Positions 37,945 through 52,639 of a stretch of 64,000 nucleotides of DNA are shown here, piece by piece. Source of the DNA: Prorocentrum cordatum. Its lineage: Eukaryota. A model generated the notes under the pieces. It was not told the DNA's origin and ran no database searches. It worked only from the letters and a program-made list of their open reading frames with translations. The translations under genes were made by a program, and so were the position numbers. The stretch's first letter is position 1, and each line of letters opens with the position of its first letter. Location of the stretch: the NCBI GenBank assembly GCA_963575745.1, contig CAUYUJ010000002.1, forward strand, positions 248,001-312,000, in the 5' to 3' direction.

Positions 37945-38620
37945 ATTACACCCAAGACGCATCAACGATGCTGCAATCCACTCTCCCTCCAGGTTCCCTC
38001 GTCGTAGGTCCCGACAACCATGTCTTGCCCTGAAAAAAAAACAATGTCTTGGGTTTCGACGCGGCGAACCAACGTGGCTGTTGCGTCCGTGCCAGAACAC
38101 CAGTCTGGGACTTCATCACCGCGAATCACTGTGACTATTGCGCCCTGCTGCTCCTAATATGTGCCAGAACACGATTGCCAGGAGTTCAGCCAGACGATCC
38201 CCTGAGTCAGCTGCGCACTTTGAAAACGAATGCGCGCGGCACGAACGCGATCACCGCATGTTGAAAAGGAGCCGCCCTCCGTCTTTGAAAGTATGGCAAG
38301 CTTTCCAGACGAATGCGTTCGCGCGGCGCTACGGCGAGAGCCACATTTTAAACATCTGCCCGCCGTCCATCCTCGAAGCCGTTGCGACGAATAAATGCGC
38401 GCGGCGCTAAGGCGAGAACCATAGTTTGAAAACGGCCTGCCCTACATCCTTGAAGCTGCTGCAAGCCTTCAGAGGAATGTCCGCGGCGCGAAGGCGAGAG
38501 CCACATGTTGAACACCGCACGCCCTCCATCCGTGAAAGTGTTGCAACATTCAAGTTTCAGGATCATAGATGTTTGGAGGTCTCAGGCGAAACGCCCGACC
38601 CGCCGTACCAACACACTTGA
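37945..38620 (+). repeat. Modular 83-bp-unit repeat (copy B)
   Basis: Leader CCAAGACGCATCAACGATGCTGCAATCCA, units GCGCGGCGCTAAGGCGAGAGCCACAT, and end motif GGTCTCAGGCGAAACGCCCGACCCGCC at 38578-38604. Confidence 0.8.
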
Positions 38621-41600
38621 GGGTGCGATAGGGAGGAATAATTTGCAAGGGAAATGGCTTGAGGAGAATGAGGAGGAGATGAGGAGGAGGAAGAGTGTAA
38701 ACCTAAGACTTAGCAGCGATGTTGGAATACACCCGCTCTCCAAGCTCCTTCTTCATGGGCCCCATACAAGGCTTCTTTTCCACTGAGGGAAGTGCCCCGT
38801 TGGGGAACAACCGTGTGATTCCTGAAGCGTGCTAAAACACAATTCTCTGGATGTCAGCGCGACGAGTCAACCTGATTGTTGCGTTTGACGATCTTGAATC
38901 AACACCGCAACTCAACCTAATCGCTGAAGGTATTTTGTCGTGGTTCCACCTGTTCTCTCGGCGGTGAATAGGACTGGTCCTAAAACATCCTCCTCATCTC
39001 CCTCCGCTTCCCCTCCTCTCTCCTCCTCTTACGCATTATCCTCCTCCTCCTTAGGAATGACACGACGAGGAGGAGGAGGCGGGAAGGAGGAGGAGGAAGA
39101 GACAGAGGACGGTGAGGAGGAAGGAGGGGAAGGAAGAGGAGGAGGAAAACGAGGATGCAACGGAATCCATATTTAGTTGCCCCCATAGTTGGACCCCAGT
39201 CCTTCAATAAGGCCGCACAATGGATGATTCCCCACCCTATGGGTGGCGCTTCTAAAGACCTCTCAGGGACAAAGGTTGCGCCCTGACAGTCCTGAATTGC
39301 TCCAAAACAGCAAGCAAACTCTTTGCAAGTTTGTGCAACGAATGTGCGCGGCGCTTTGGCGGGAGCCACGGTTTGAGAAAGAACCGCCCTCAATTCGTGA
39401 AGCCCTTGTTCATGTGTACAACACATGCGCTTGGCGCAAAGGCGAGAGCCGAATCTTGAAAAATATAACCATGCATTTTTCTACAAAACAACGAATGTGT
39501 GGGCGATGGGGCGAGATCACCACTATGACAACCACCAGCCCTCAGTCCGTCATACTCTGGCATCGTTTTCAAACGAGTGTCCGCGGCGCTAAGGCGAGAG
39601 CCACATGTTTGCCAGCCTGACCAAGAGCAGAAAGGCACGCGGCCAATGTTTATGTGTTGCTTTGCTTTCTGATATTCGGTGATCGGCGGCTGGGGACGGT
39701 CCCCTCTGCTCCAGACTAGGTGTGACCTCCGCTTTGCGTTCAAATTGCGACGCGTTTTATGATTCAAAGCCATGGGCCGAAGTCGGGCCACCGCCATGTT
39801 GCGTCGCCCAGTCTGTGCATATGCATGATGTTCACATGTATTGAGTTATCCCCGCATTTCGGGAGCTCTGTTTCCCTCAAAGGGGCGGCGAAGGGCGATG
39901 GTGGGCGAGAGGCGGTGAGCTTCCCCCCCCGTTGCCCTCTCGGGGCCCTTCGCCGTTCTCCTGGCTTGCCACCCCATCTGTCCCATTTTCTCCCATGGAC
40001 GATTGAACGCAGTGGAATTTCTGGCCCCCCTGGAAGGCCCTCGCAAGCGCGGCCATATTCAGTACTGGGACGTAGAGTAGCACATGTGGGTCTAGGAGGT
40101 ACTACGGAAGTGGGTTCCCAAATGTTGGAAAAGAGCTGCCTCTCCCGCGGGTCGCCGCGCCCTCCAAGGAGGCGTGGCGTCGGGGCTGCCACGGTGGGAT
40201 GATACCAGGCGACGATGTATGCAGCCGCGGATGAGGTTCGCGTGGGGGTCCCCTTTGCGCGGGGGCCTCGTGGGCTCGTGTACGAGGTGGGCGCGCGTCG
40301 AGCAGGTGCAGACTGGCGAAAATATCATGAAGCACGATGCTGCGTGTTGAATTGACGTTGCTGTTGCCAGCGGACGTCGTGCGGAAAATTACTGCGCTGG
40401 GTCGCCCGCGGGGAACGCCCAGTCATGATTACTGGATGCACGTGCGGGCCGCAGTCATCCAGGGCCGAACGATGACCGCGCGCGGGTTGGTGGTACGGCC
40501 TCGCGGACACGTGGTTTTCGCCCAGCCAGCAACGCCATGCGAGGGCAGGGCCAGCGTTTTGGATGGCCAAAGACGCTCGTCGGACCCCCCCGGGGCCATA
40601 CAAAAACGCCGGCGGCACCCCTCCCCCGGGACCATCCAAAAACCTGGCCTGGGTGGTCCAACAAAATTCCCGTCGAAAAATGCAAAACATCATTCCCGCT
40701 GAGCACTTCGGATCCCATCGTCGATTTGTCATCTTTTTTTTCCGAAATAGGGATCACCATGAAAAAAGTGGAGGAGACTTCGCGGCCGTTCCCCGGGGCG
40801 CTTTCAGGGCCCCTGGCAGGGGATGGAGCGGGGGGGGGAGTGGGAGGGGGGATGGGGGTTGCTGGAGGGGATGGAAGGCGAGGGAGTGAGAGAGGGTGGA
40901 AGGCGAGGGTGGAGGGTGAGGGCGAGGGGGGGGGGACTGAGGGAGGGTGCTTGAGGGCGGAGAAGAGGACGGATGGTGAGGGAGGGCGGAAGGTGGGGAC
41001 GGAGGGTGGAGGAAGGCGAGTGATGTGAGGGACGGTGGGGCGAGGGGAGGGTGGGTGAGGGTGGAGGGCGAGGGGGGATGGAGGGCCCAGGCGGGGCGGG
41101 GGGCGACGGAGGCGAAGGAGTGGCGGAAGAGAGGACGGGGGAGGAGAGGGCTAGGGAGGACGGGGGAAGAGGGCGGGAGAAGGGACGATCGAATGCGAGG
41201 GGGCGAGGAGGGGAGAAGGAGGAACAATAAGGGACGAGGATAATAAAAGGAGGAAGGAGGGGCGCAGGAAAGCGGAAGCAGGGATACTGAGGCGGAAGGT
41301 AGGGGCCAGGAGGGACCGCGGAGGGGAACAGGACGGGATATAGGAGAGGCGGAGGAGGAGAACAAGTGGAAGGGTGCGGGGAGGAGGGGGGGAGGGCAGG
41401 AGGGGGCAGGCAGCGGGAGAGAATGCGCAGGAGAAACGAAGAGGCAGGAGAGGGGACCAATTCCACTCCGAGGCAGCGAGCGCTGCGAAACCCTGGCGGG
41501 GAAGGGCAATTCCGCAGTTGCAGGCGACTGGAAGGAAGTGGCCCGCGAATTCGTCGGAGGTTGCCCGCCTCGCTGGCACAGGCACCCCTGTCGGGCGCCA

Positions 41601-42894
41601 TCGCGTCACAGCGATCCGGAGGAAGGTGCCGTTCGCGGGGCACTGCTAGGCCCCTGCCTCCGCCTGTGTCGACAGCGGCCCCGGCATCGTACAGCCAGCG
41701 TCTATAGAAGTGCGCCGCCCGCGGGTGGCATGGTCTGTTCACGACGCCACCACCAGTGCAAACGTCCCGTTGGCAGCTTCTGCGTGCCTGTGTTTTCGTT
41801 TGGGGCACGCGGCGGCGCCGCGGGTTCGTGGCGAGTGCCAGTTGCGCCTGTTTGCGCAAAGCGGCCTTCGCGCAGAGGGCGCCGCACTGCTCGCCAAATA
41901 GAAGGGCGATTCTGCGAAAGGGAAGAATTGGAAGCGTATTGTTTTCATATTGGCCAGTTGAAAATGACCCGCTCTCAATCCGTAAAGCTCGTGCAATGTT
42001 TTGAAACGAATGTGCACGGCGCTAAGTAAAGAGCCACATTTGGAAACCACCCACCCTCTATCTGTGAAGCTGGGGTCAGTTGATGTTTGAGGCTCGTAAG
42101 TGGCAGAGAAGATTTCAAGCGAAACGCCCGCCCAGCCCGCCCTTCCGAGTGGCCTCGGAGCGCGACAGGGAGGAGTTATCCATACGAAACGCGGGCGGGG
42201 AGGAGGGGGCGGCGGGGTGGGCGGATGAGGGGGAGGGGAGCTCGAGGAGATTGCAGAGGAGGAATAGGCGTTGGAGGACTAGGATGAGAATGACGAGGAC
42301 CAGCGGACGGGACTAGGAGGGGTATGGAGAGCATCGCTGGGTAACGCAGGGGTACCGGCATGTGGGAAAAGGAGGCGCGAGGAGGTAGGAAAACAAGGAC
42401 AATCGGGTAACGCGCGGGCGAGGAGGGGGGGGGGACGAGAGGGTGGATGGGGATGAGCAGCAGGAGGAGGTAGAGCAGACGGGCGAGATGTTCTGTTCCT
42501 CTCTTTCGTCCTGCTCCCCCATCCTACTCCATTGTTGTTTCTCCCCTCCCACCTCCCTTTCCCCCCAGTTCGCCCCCTCCCCCCCCCGTTTCCCCCCTTC
42601 CATCCTGGCCCACGGGTCCCATCATATGGTTGCCCATTCCTGTCGCGAGGCTTGATTATGTAAGGCTCGCGTGTTGTCCCCCCCCGCGAGCAAACGTCCC
42701 AGTCCACCTCTTGCCCAGTCATGCTCCTCTCCGCTTAACCCGACCCGCAACACATCTACGCAGGGCAATGGCCCAAGGACCAGGGACGACTCGATTGGAG
42801 CTTCAGCTTCAGAAATCGGGGATGGCGGGCTTTTACTTTGGACTCGCTCCGCAATTGGGCATACTCATGTTCATACTCCTCCCCCACCCCCTGT

Positions 42895-43229
<335 letters not shown>

Positions 43230-45397
43230 TTGGGAGTCTCAGCGGCCTGGCGCAGACCAGGCGGCCCTGTCCGCGCGGGCGGCTGCCGCGCGCACCCTCG
43301 ACGTCCTTCCGCCGAAGTCCGCAGCCCCCGCCGCAGACAGCGACTGCAGCGACGACGGCGGCAACGGAGGACGACAACGATGACGAAGGATGTTTGGGGG
43401 AGAGGAAGGAGGGGGAGGAGACGTGGACGAGAGGGATGAGGGTGAGAGGGCGGCGAGGGCAAAGAGGGGGAGGAGATGGCGGAGAGGGGGAGGGAGAGAG
43501 GAAGGGCTGAGAGGGCGGAGAGGATAGGGCGATGATGAGGAAAGAGAGGGCGGACAGGGGAAGAGGGACCAGGAGGAGGAAGAGGCAAAGAAGCGGGAGG
43601 AGCGTGGTGCAGGACGGGGAGGAGGATGTCGGGGGGGGGGGGCGCGATCAGGGGGCGGAGGAAGGAGGACCTGAGCACACCCGATGTGCATCAGAGGTGC
43701 TGCAGTGCGCCCTCCCGGCCCGAACCCCCCTACTCGTGAGTCCCTACAGCTTGGCACCGCTCGGACATGCTCATTCGTTCTCGGCAAGGACCATGGAGGA
43801 GCATGTGAGGTCATCTTGCGAAAACTACGCGCGAAACCGACAAATGCACGGGGAGTGGACGTCCCAGCGATGGCGAGACAGGATCGGTTTCCCCTGAGGG
43901 TTTCTCGGCTGTTTGTGGAGAAGCCGTTGGGTGCCGGACGCGGACTCCCCTTGGCTCCCCAGTGCCATGTGCGTTTTTCGGGGCGACCGGATTGGGTACG
44001 GCAGGAATGGGTGCAAAAAGCGACAGACAGCAGCTCTTGTTCAGTTTCTGCGCATTCTGACCAGGACTCGCTGTCGGTGTCGCCGCGGGCTGTGCCCATT
44101 TGAGGCAGGAGGCCGCCGGCCCAGCAGCGGCCGCTGTTGGTTTGGGCCAGCATTTGTTTGTTGGGCATCGTACCCTCGTCTGTTCATTCCCATCTGGGGG
44201 GTCCAAAGTGTTGTTTCCCTACTGGGGAGGATCATCGTGGTTTCTGTTTCACTGTTTCCTGAGAGGGCCTTGCCTGGCTGTCCTTTGGCCCTTGGCTCCT
44301 TGGCATTTGCTCCTCGGCTTCTTGGTCATGGTTCCTCTGTTCCTTGGTCTTGGGTCCTTGGTTCTTCGGTCGTGGGTTCTTGGTCTTGGTTCCTTGCTGC
44401 CTCGCCATGCAATGCCAAAGCAAGGCCAAGCGACGCCAAGCAACGCGAAACAATACCCCGCAGTGCCAAACAGTATGCGAAACAATGACAAGCGAAACGC
44501 CACGCAATGCCAAGCGACATGCCAAACAATATGCCAAGTTAGGTGGTGGACGTCCTTGGGTCTCAGGTTTGGGTTTGTTGTGGGAGGTTTCTCATGGACT
44601 GACCTCCACTATCGGATGTTGGTGTGCGCGGAGTCGAAGCGAGAGGAAAGTTTTGAACACGGTCCTCTCTTCATCAGTGTACCTGTTGGGCATGTCAAGC
44701 TTCAATACTGCATACGGTGAGGATGTCTTCTTTGAAAGCGGTCCGCCATCCATCAGTGTGCCTCTTGGGCATGTCAAGCTTCAGTACTGCATACGGCGAG
44801 GATGTCTCGGGCGGAACGTCTGGCCCGCCTTGACGACACGTCTGGTGTTGCAGTGTGGAGGAGCACAAGTATGAGGACAAAGGACGTCGGAGGAGAAGGA
44901 GTAGGAGATGTGCGGGTGGAGGAGAGTGGAACGGAGGGGGAGGAAGAGGAGGAGGAGGAGGATGAGGAGGAGGAGGGGGGAAGGGGCAAATTCAAAGGAT
45001 TTGCCAGCCTCTCGCTCACCCCCCGTTCACTTCCCGCCTCCCCATATTCCACTCTCTCTATCTATCTCTCTCTCCCTCCTGCGTTGTTCTCTGTCTGTCT
45101 TCCGTCCTCCATCCGTCCGTCCGCCGTCGTCGTCGTTTTACTCGTCCTCCCCTCCTTGTCGCTTCTTCTCGGCCGCCTCATCCTTCTACCTCCCCCTTCT
45201 CCTCCTCCACCTCATCCCTCCCTCCCTCCCTCCTTCCCTCGCTCTCTCGCTCTCTATGGCTCTCCTCTTTTACCTTCTCTCTGTTCTCTCTCTCTCTCTA
45301 TCTCTCCTTCCCTTGTCCATATCAACTCCTTCCTGTTCCTGCTCCTGGCTCCTCCCACTTCTACTCCTCCCCCTGTCCACGTTTCACGCTGCAGCTG

Positions 45398-45445
45398 GAT
45401 GAGGAGCCAGATGAGGAGCCAGATGAGGAGCCAGATGAGGAGCCA
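45398..45445. repeat. 12-bp minisatellite (GATGAGGAGCCA)x4
   Basis: Direct reading. Confidence 0.9.
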
Positions 45446-46433
45446 GAGGATGAGCAAGAGAAGGAGTACGAAGAGAGGAGCAGGATTGAGGACAGGGAGG
45501 GGAATGACAAGCACGTTACTGAAGGCGGTTCTTCGCTCTCTCTTCCCCACCACCCAGTTTCCCCTTTCTTCCCACCTGATCTCCCTCCTCCGTCTCCCTC
45601 CGTCATTGTCCGTTCTCCGTTCGTCCTTCTTGTTCCTCCGCATCCTCCTCCGCGCCCTCCCCGCACTCCTCCTCTCCCTCCTAATGTCTTATTCTCCTGT
45701 GCCTCCTTCTCATGCCTTCTCCCTCCTTCCTTCTCCTCCTCCTCCTCGATCCGTCTGCCTGACTCCCCTGACGCCACACCAGACGTGCCCGTAATTTGGC
45801 TAGGTCGGGTCGGGGTCTGTCGCTTGATATTCGACATTTGCGTCAGTCACAAGGATGCAGGGTTGTTGATTTCCAACGCGTGGCTCTCACCTCAGCGCTA
45901 TGCACATCCGTTAAACAACATCCAACAATTGCAAGTTCTCTCGCTTTAGCTCCACGCACACTCGGCACAAAGCGCCGTAGGAGTTACAAGGATGGAGAGT
46001 GCAATCTATCCAACATGTTGTTTTCGTTTCAGATGCCTTTACATGTCTTGTTAGCCGAAACTCAAGTCTTTGCAACAGTTTCACCGACGGAGGGCATCCT
46101 TTTCAAACTGTTGCTCTCGCTCGGGACATACGCAAACATTGGGACCATACTTCAATTCCTTTTCAATATGTTGCTCTCGCGCGAGACATCCGCAAACATT
46201 AGTACCAATATTTTCAACGTATGGGGCTGCTGCTGGGCACCTTCTCGAACTTGTGATCATCTATACGCGTTTGCATGTTTTCGTCAAACCATCCAGCCGC
46301 AGGATGGAGAGCTGATCCTTCACAGCACTGTTTTTCGCCTGAGTGGCAGGCCAAAGGGGCGCTGGTCACTCAATGGGGGCGTCTGCCGCAGTGGAGTGTG
46401 TATATATGTATACACATATGTATAGGTAATATC

Positions 46434-46466
<33 letters not shown>

Positions 46467-46699
46467 GTATGTACATATGTATAAATGTATGTATCTCTCT
46501 CTCTCTCTCTCTCTTTTTTTTTTTTCTCTCTCTCTCTCTCTCTGAGTAGGCCAGGGAGGGGAGGGGGGAAAAATCGGTGCCGTCATCCCCCATGGCGGCC
46601 CCCCCGAATCTTTGGGGGGTCACAGTCCCCCCAGGACTGCCCCGGGCCGCTTCGAAATTGCCCACGACAGGCCACGCGGGCCGTACAGATGGTCGCGAA

Positions 46700-49090
46700 A
46701 GCTTGAAGGCCCCGAAGACGCCCAAGAGGGCCCGTGAGGGCCCCAAGAGGGCCTTCAAGAGGCACACGTCGGCCCATTTCCATTGTAAAACGTGCATTTT
46801 CGGCATTCTCGCTGGCTTCGTCTTTACAGTGCCCCAGACGCCCCCGCGGAGCCCCAACACAGCCCAAGAGAGACCCAAGAGGGCCCCAGACGGCCCAAAA
46901 GGGTCGGCCTGTGGGGCTCACGGAACCCCCCAAGACGGCCCAAGAGGCCCCAAAGCCGGCCCAGGAGGCCCCCAAGACGGCCTCAGGGAGGCCCAAGAGG
47001 GCCCCGTTCGAAATCATGATCCCGGAAGCCTCTCCGGAAACATTACTTTCGGGCTCCCAGGGCCCCCCCACTGAGCCCCAGGACAGCCTCAGCAAGGCCC
47101 AGGAGGGCCCGGCTTGAAGATGGCCGAAGAGAGCCCCAAGAGGGCCTTCAAGAGGCACAAATCGGATCATTTCCATCGTAAAACGTAATTGTCAGCATAC
47201 TCGATGGCTTTCGTCTTCACAGTGCCCCAGACGCTCCCGCGGAGCCCCAAGACAACCCAAGAGAGACCCAAGAGGGCCCCAGACGGCCCAAAAGGGTAGT
47301 CCTGTGGGGCTGACGGAACCCCCCAAGACGGCCCAAGAGGCCCCAAAGCAGGCCCAGGAGGCCCCCAAGACGGCCTCAGGGAGGCCCAAGAGGGCCCCGC
47401 GGTCGGAATCATGCTCCCGGAAGCCTCTTTGGGAACATGATTTCCGGGTTCCCAGGACGCCTAAAGACAGCCCCCAGAGGCCCGGGACACGCCGAAGATG
47501 GCCTCAGGACGGCCGACGACGCCGCCAAAACGCCTCGAAGCCGAGAATCATACATTTTCCAATGGTTTTTGAAGCATTTGTGCGCTCTCCCATGTTCCAC
47601 CTCCCCACGGTCCCGGACCGCGTCACAGGCCTTTCAGATCGCTCCAAGACGGCCGAAGAGGCTCCCAAGAAAGCCCAGAGATGGCCCAGGAGGCTCCCCA
47701 GATAAGTCAAGAGGGCCTCGAGAGCGCCCCAAGAGAGCCCCAAGAGCGACCCAAGAGGGCCCGAAGAGCGCGACATTTCAAGGTCTCCGGCCTGAGAGGC
47801 TCTCAGGACGCCCCCAGAGGCCATCAAGATGCTCCCAAGAAGCCCCGTGAGACTCCCAAGAGGCCCTCCGGAAGCCCCAATGGGCCCCCAAGGGGCCCCC
47901 AGGGAAGCCCCCTGCGGGCCCCCAAGACACTTCGGTAAATCGTATTTCCCAGATAGGTTTCCGTGAACATGATTCTTCCGCCCACCGCCCCAACCATGTT
48001 TCCAATAGGCTTGCCGACAAGGCCAACAGGCGCCCCTCGGTAAGCCCCCAGAGGCCCCCATCCTAAGAGAGCCGAACTAATATTATGCTCCCGGAGAGCT
48101 TCCTGGGAACTGACTCTCTATCTCGGAGTAGGCCCGGGGGGAGTGGTCGGGCCGCTGCCTGTTCCCCCCATCGATGCCCACGGGGGGTTGCGGGGGGGGT
48201 CCAGAACTCCCGAGGCGGCCCGAGCCCTCCCCGAAGCAGGCCACGACAGGCTAAGGGGGTCCCAAGAGGGCCCAAGACGGTCCCACGAGGCCTCGAAGAC
48301 GCTCAAGATGCCCTCAAGACAGCCGACGAGGACTCCAACACGCTCCACGACGGACTCAAGAGGCTCCCCAAGAAGGCCCTGGAAGGCAAGATTCACTCAT
48401 TTTCCGAGTGTTTTGGATTTTGGCGTTCTCGCTCTTCCCGCTTTCCAGCGCTCCCTCACGGCCTCGGAGGCCATTCAGATCGCTCCAAGAAGGCCCACGA
48501 GGCCCCGACGAGGGCCCCAAGACGGCCCAGGATGCTCCCCAGACAACCCAAGTGTGGCCCCAAGAGTGCGCCAAGAGAAGGCCCAGAGGGGTCCCGAGGC
48601 GGCCCGGGCCCGCCCCGAAGCAGGCCACGACAGGCTGAAGGAGGTCCCGAGAGGGCCCTAGACGGTCCCAAGAGGCCCCGAAGACGCCCAAGCTGCCCTA
48701 GACGGCTGACGAGGACTCCAACACGCTCCAGGACGGACTCAAAAGGCTCTCCAAGAGGGCCATGGGAGGCAAGATTCACTAATTTTCCGATGGTTTTTGA
48801 AGAGGCGTTCTCGCTTTCCCCGCTTCCCAGCGGCCTCGCTCGGAGGCCTCGCTCGGAGGCCCTTCAGATCGCTCCAAGACGGGCCACGAGGCCCCGGCGA
48901 GGGCCCCGAGACGGCCCAGGAGGCTCCCCAGACAACCCAATTGTGCCCCAAGAGCTCCCCAAGAGAGGGCCCAGAGGGGGACCGCCAACCGATATTTCGA
49001 GGTCTCTGGCCCTAGGCCGCCTGCAGGCCCCCGGAGACCACCAAGAGCCTGCCACGAAGCCCCGTGAGGCGCCCAAGAGGCCCCCAGAGA
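46700..49090. repeat. CCCAAGAG-rich repeat block with internal duplications
   Basis: ~46825-47030 resembles ~47220-47420, and ~48210-48580 resembles ~48595-48970. Confidence 0.85.
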
Positions 49091-49792
49091 GGATGATGAT
49101 TTTGGACGACAGTGGGAGGACGATGATGGAGGCCGACGAGGGGGAGGACGACAATGGGAGGACGATGATGAAAGGACGAGGGGGGGAAAGGGAGGACGAG
49201 GAAGAAGAGGAGGAGGAGGACGAGGTGGAGGAGGAGGATGACGATGACGATGAGGACGAGGACGAGGAGGAGGAGGAGGAGGAGGAGGAGGAGGAGGAGG
49301 AGGAGGAGGAGGAGGAGGGGGAGGAGGAGGAGGAGGAGGAGGAGGAGGAGGAGGAGAGCGCCATCGACAGGGAAGGTGGGGGCCACGAGGTCCGCCGGCT
49401 CGACGACGCCTGCGTCGCCCGCGCCCGCCCCCTCACTCTTATCCGCAATTGCGGGGTGCTATATATATGAATATACATATAACATGTGCAGGAACGTACG
49501 GGGAGAGGACTTGGATGATGCATCCTTGGTATGTTTTTGTCGTCTTCTCCCTCCTCGTCCTCTACCCTTTTTCCCTCTGTGTACCCCCTCCTCCCTCCTC
49601 CTGCTGCTCCTCCCTGCCCCCCTCATCCTCCTCCCCTTTCAGCCCCCCCCATCCAAATTTGGAGGAGGAGGAGGAGGAGGAGGAGGAGGAGGAGGAGGGC
49701 GAGGAGTAAACGAAGGGAGCTCTGGCGGCAGCTGCAGCTGCAGCTGCGTCCAGGAGCAGGAGCACGGCGGGCGGGGCAGGGGCCCATTTGGA

Positions 49793-49839
<47 letters not shown>

Positions 49840-50569
49840 TGCTGCACGTGCAGCAGCAGCCAGAGCAGCGGCGGCCAGGGCCCCCCCCCCCCCGAGGGGC
49901 GCGCCCCAGAGCGCCGGGGGCCGCCCGGGCTCCGCCCAGCTGGGCGCGCGGCCGAGGCACCGCCAGGCGCGGCGGGGGCGGTGGGGGGGCATCGTTCGCT
50001 AGGGGCCTCGAGCCACGGCGGCGCTGTCGTGGCAGGGAGGAGGAGGAGGGGGAGGAGGAGGAGGAGGAGGCAGAAGCAGGAGGAGGAGGGAGGGGCAGAA
50101 GGCAGGAGGAGGAACAGGATGAGGGAGGTAGGAGGGAGGAGGGCCCAGGAGGCAGGAGATGAAGGAGGAGGAGGAGAAGGGGAAGGACGGGATGACGATG
50201 TGAATGGTGCTGAGGACTGATTGTGATGGTGTTGAGTAGTGTCCAAAACCTGTTTAAAATATTATGACCCCCCTTTTCCCCCCTCCGGATCCCGACTGCC
50301 ATTAATTCGCCGCCAGATAACTATGTTCTAAATTGTCCCTTTTGAGCAATATTCCACGGGGACCGACCGACGCGATAAATACATGCATACGTGTATGTTT
50401 GTATACATCTATGCGTATACACGCGCACGCACGCGCATGTCTTTGGCATATGCGCATGAACTGTATGCGTGCAGATGTGCAGGCTACTTCGGTCGACGAG
50501 TAGGTAGTTTTCGTCTTACTGGGACACTGTACGTACGTACGCACGCGACTGAGCGCGCGTGCGCGCGGT

Positions 50570-52235
50570 GGCGTCCAGTTCTCGCGCGCGGTGTGAGGCT
50601 GACTGGCCTTATGTTGGTTCCCAGAATCCCACATTTACATTTCGTTTTTCTCACACGGTTTGGGGGGCGTGTCACCCGTTTTTTGGGTGAAGTTGAAAGG
50701 CCGCATGTTGGATCCCACAATCCCAAATTTACACTTGGTTTTCTCATTTCGGGGGTGGCTCGTGTCGCCCGTTGTGTTTGTGACGTTGGATGGCTTTATG
50801 TCGGCTCTCAGATTACCAGATTTACAAATGGTTTTTCCCGCACGGTTTCAGAGATGACACGTGTTACCAGTTGTTGTTGTTGTTGTTGTTATTGTTGTTG
50901 TTGTTGTTGTTGCGAATGGCCTTATGCTGGCTTCCAGGATCCCACATTTACAATTGTTTCTTTCTCACGCAGCACCGGAAGTGGCGCGTGACGCTCGTTG
51001 TGTCTTCGCGGTTGCATGGCGTTACGTTGGCCCGTGGAGTCCCAGATGTATAAGTGTTTCATCCCACAAGGTTTCGAGGGAGACACGTGTCACCTGCTGT
51101 TTGTTTGTGAAGCTGAATGGCCTTATGCTGGTCCCCGGAATCCTCAATTTACACATGGTTTTTCGCACGCGCTTTCGTGGGTGACGCGCGTTACCCGTTA
51201 TTTTTATGAAGCTGAATGGGCTCGTGTTGGCTCCCACAATCCCAAATTTACAATTGTTTTTTCGCAGACGGTTTCGAGGGTGACACGTGTCACCCGTTCT
51301 TTTTTTGGTGAAGTTGAATGGCCGCATGTTGGATCCCACAACCCCAAGTTTACAAGTGGTTTCTGGTTCAATGTCCTGCGTTGTCCCCACTTGTGAGGCT
51401 GAATGGCTGAATAGCCTTATGTGAGCCTGAATGGCCTGAAGTTGCCATCCACAACCCGAGAATTTACAATTGGTTTTTGTCACGCGGTTTGGGGGGGACG
51501 CGTGTCACCAGTTGTTTTTGTGAGGTTGGGTAGCTTTCTGCTGGCTCCAACAATCCCAAATTTGAATTTCGTTTTTCTCAGACTGTTTCGGGGGTGGTGC
51601 GTGTCGTCCTCTGTTTTTGTGAGGCTGAATGGCGTTTTGTTGGCTCCCAGCATTCCAAATGTACAAGTGGTTTTTATCACACGGTTTCAGGGGTGACACG
51701 TGTCTCCCGTTGTTTTTGGGAGGCTGGTTGGTTTTCTGGTGGCCCCCAGAACCCCAATCTACAACTGGCTTTTATTACACGGCTTCGGGGGTAGCACGTG
51801 TCACCGTTTTTTGGTGGGGTTGAATGGCTTGCTTCTGACTTCCAGAATCCCAAATTTACAAGTTGTTTTTCTCACGCGGTTTCGGGGGTGACACGTGCCA
51901 CCGGTTGTTTATGTGCGGTTGAATGGCCTTATGTTGCCATCCACAATTTCATATGTTACAATTTATTGTTCTCACGCGGTTTCGGGGGTGACACGTGTCA
52001 CCGGTTGTTTTTGTGAGGTTGGGCGGCCTGACTCCCAGAATTCCAACTTTACATGCGGTTTTTCTGACACTGTTTCGGAGGTGGCGCGTGTCGTCTGTTG
52101 TTTTTTTGAGGCTGGGTGGCCCTTTGCTGGTTCCCAGAATCCCAATTATACAATTGTTTATTTCTCACGCGCTTCGGGGAGAGGCGCGTGTGGCCCGTCG
52201 TTGTGTGCGTCTGAATGGCGTTATGTTTGCTCCCA
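50570..52235. repeat. Degenerate tandem satellite, unit ~94-100 bp, ~17 copies
   Basis: Recurring GCTGAATGGCCTTATGTTGG.TCCCA.AATCCCAAATTTACA...GGTTTCGGGGGTGACACGTGTCACC. Confidence 0.9.
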
Positions 52236-52639
52236 AAAGTCATACTTTGTATCTAAAGGCAGCCGCCTTTGCCGCCGACCCCAAGTCGGGGCGATGCGTT
52301 TATGTTTGAGCTTCTCTGGTGTTCAGAGCTTGCTTGGCGTCGCCGAGGTCGCCATTGCTGTTGAGGTAGCTCTCGCCACGGGTTGTGCAATATGTCAAGA
52401 AGTTAGAAAGGTGGCACGCCGCGCATCGTTGTTGCAAGACCACAGGTGGGCCCATTGAGTGCTGAAAATGCCCCGCGACAACGCGTGGATAGATTTCAGG
52501 ATTCTTGGGGCGGGTCCCGTCATCCGAATCGCGAGGAGTGGGGAATATGAATATGACAGTTGCGCCCTCACAATCCTGAGTCCTTCCAAACAATTTCTGG
52601 TACATTGGCCATGGGAATCCGCGAAACTTCAGCATCTGG

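Noticed and set aside
50570..52235. CRISPR-like periodicity (also the 83-bp arrays)
   Set aside because: The whole unit is repeated with no unique spacers, there are no cas genes, and the context is eukaryotic.
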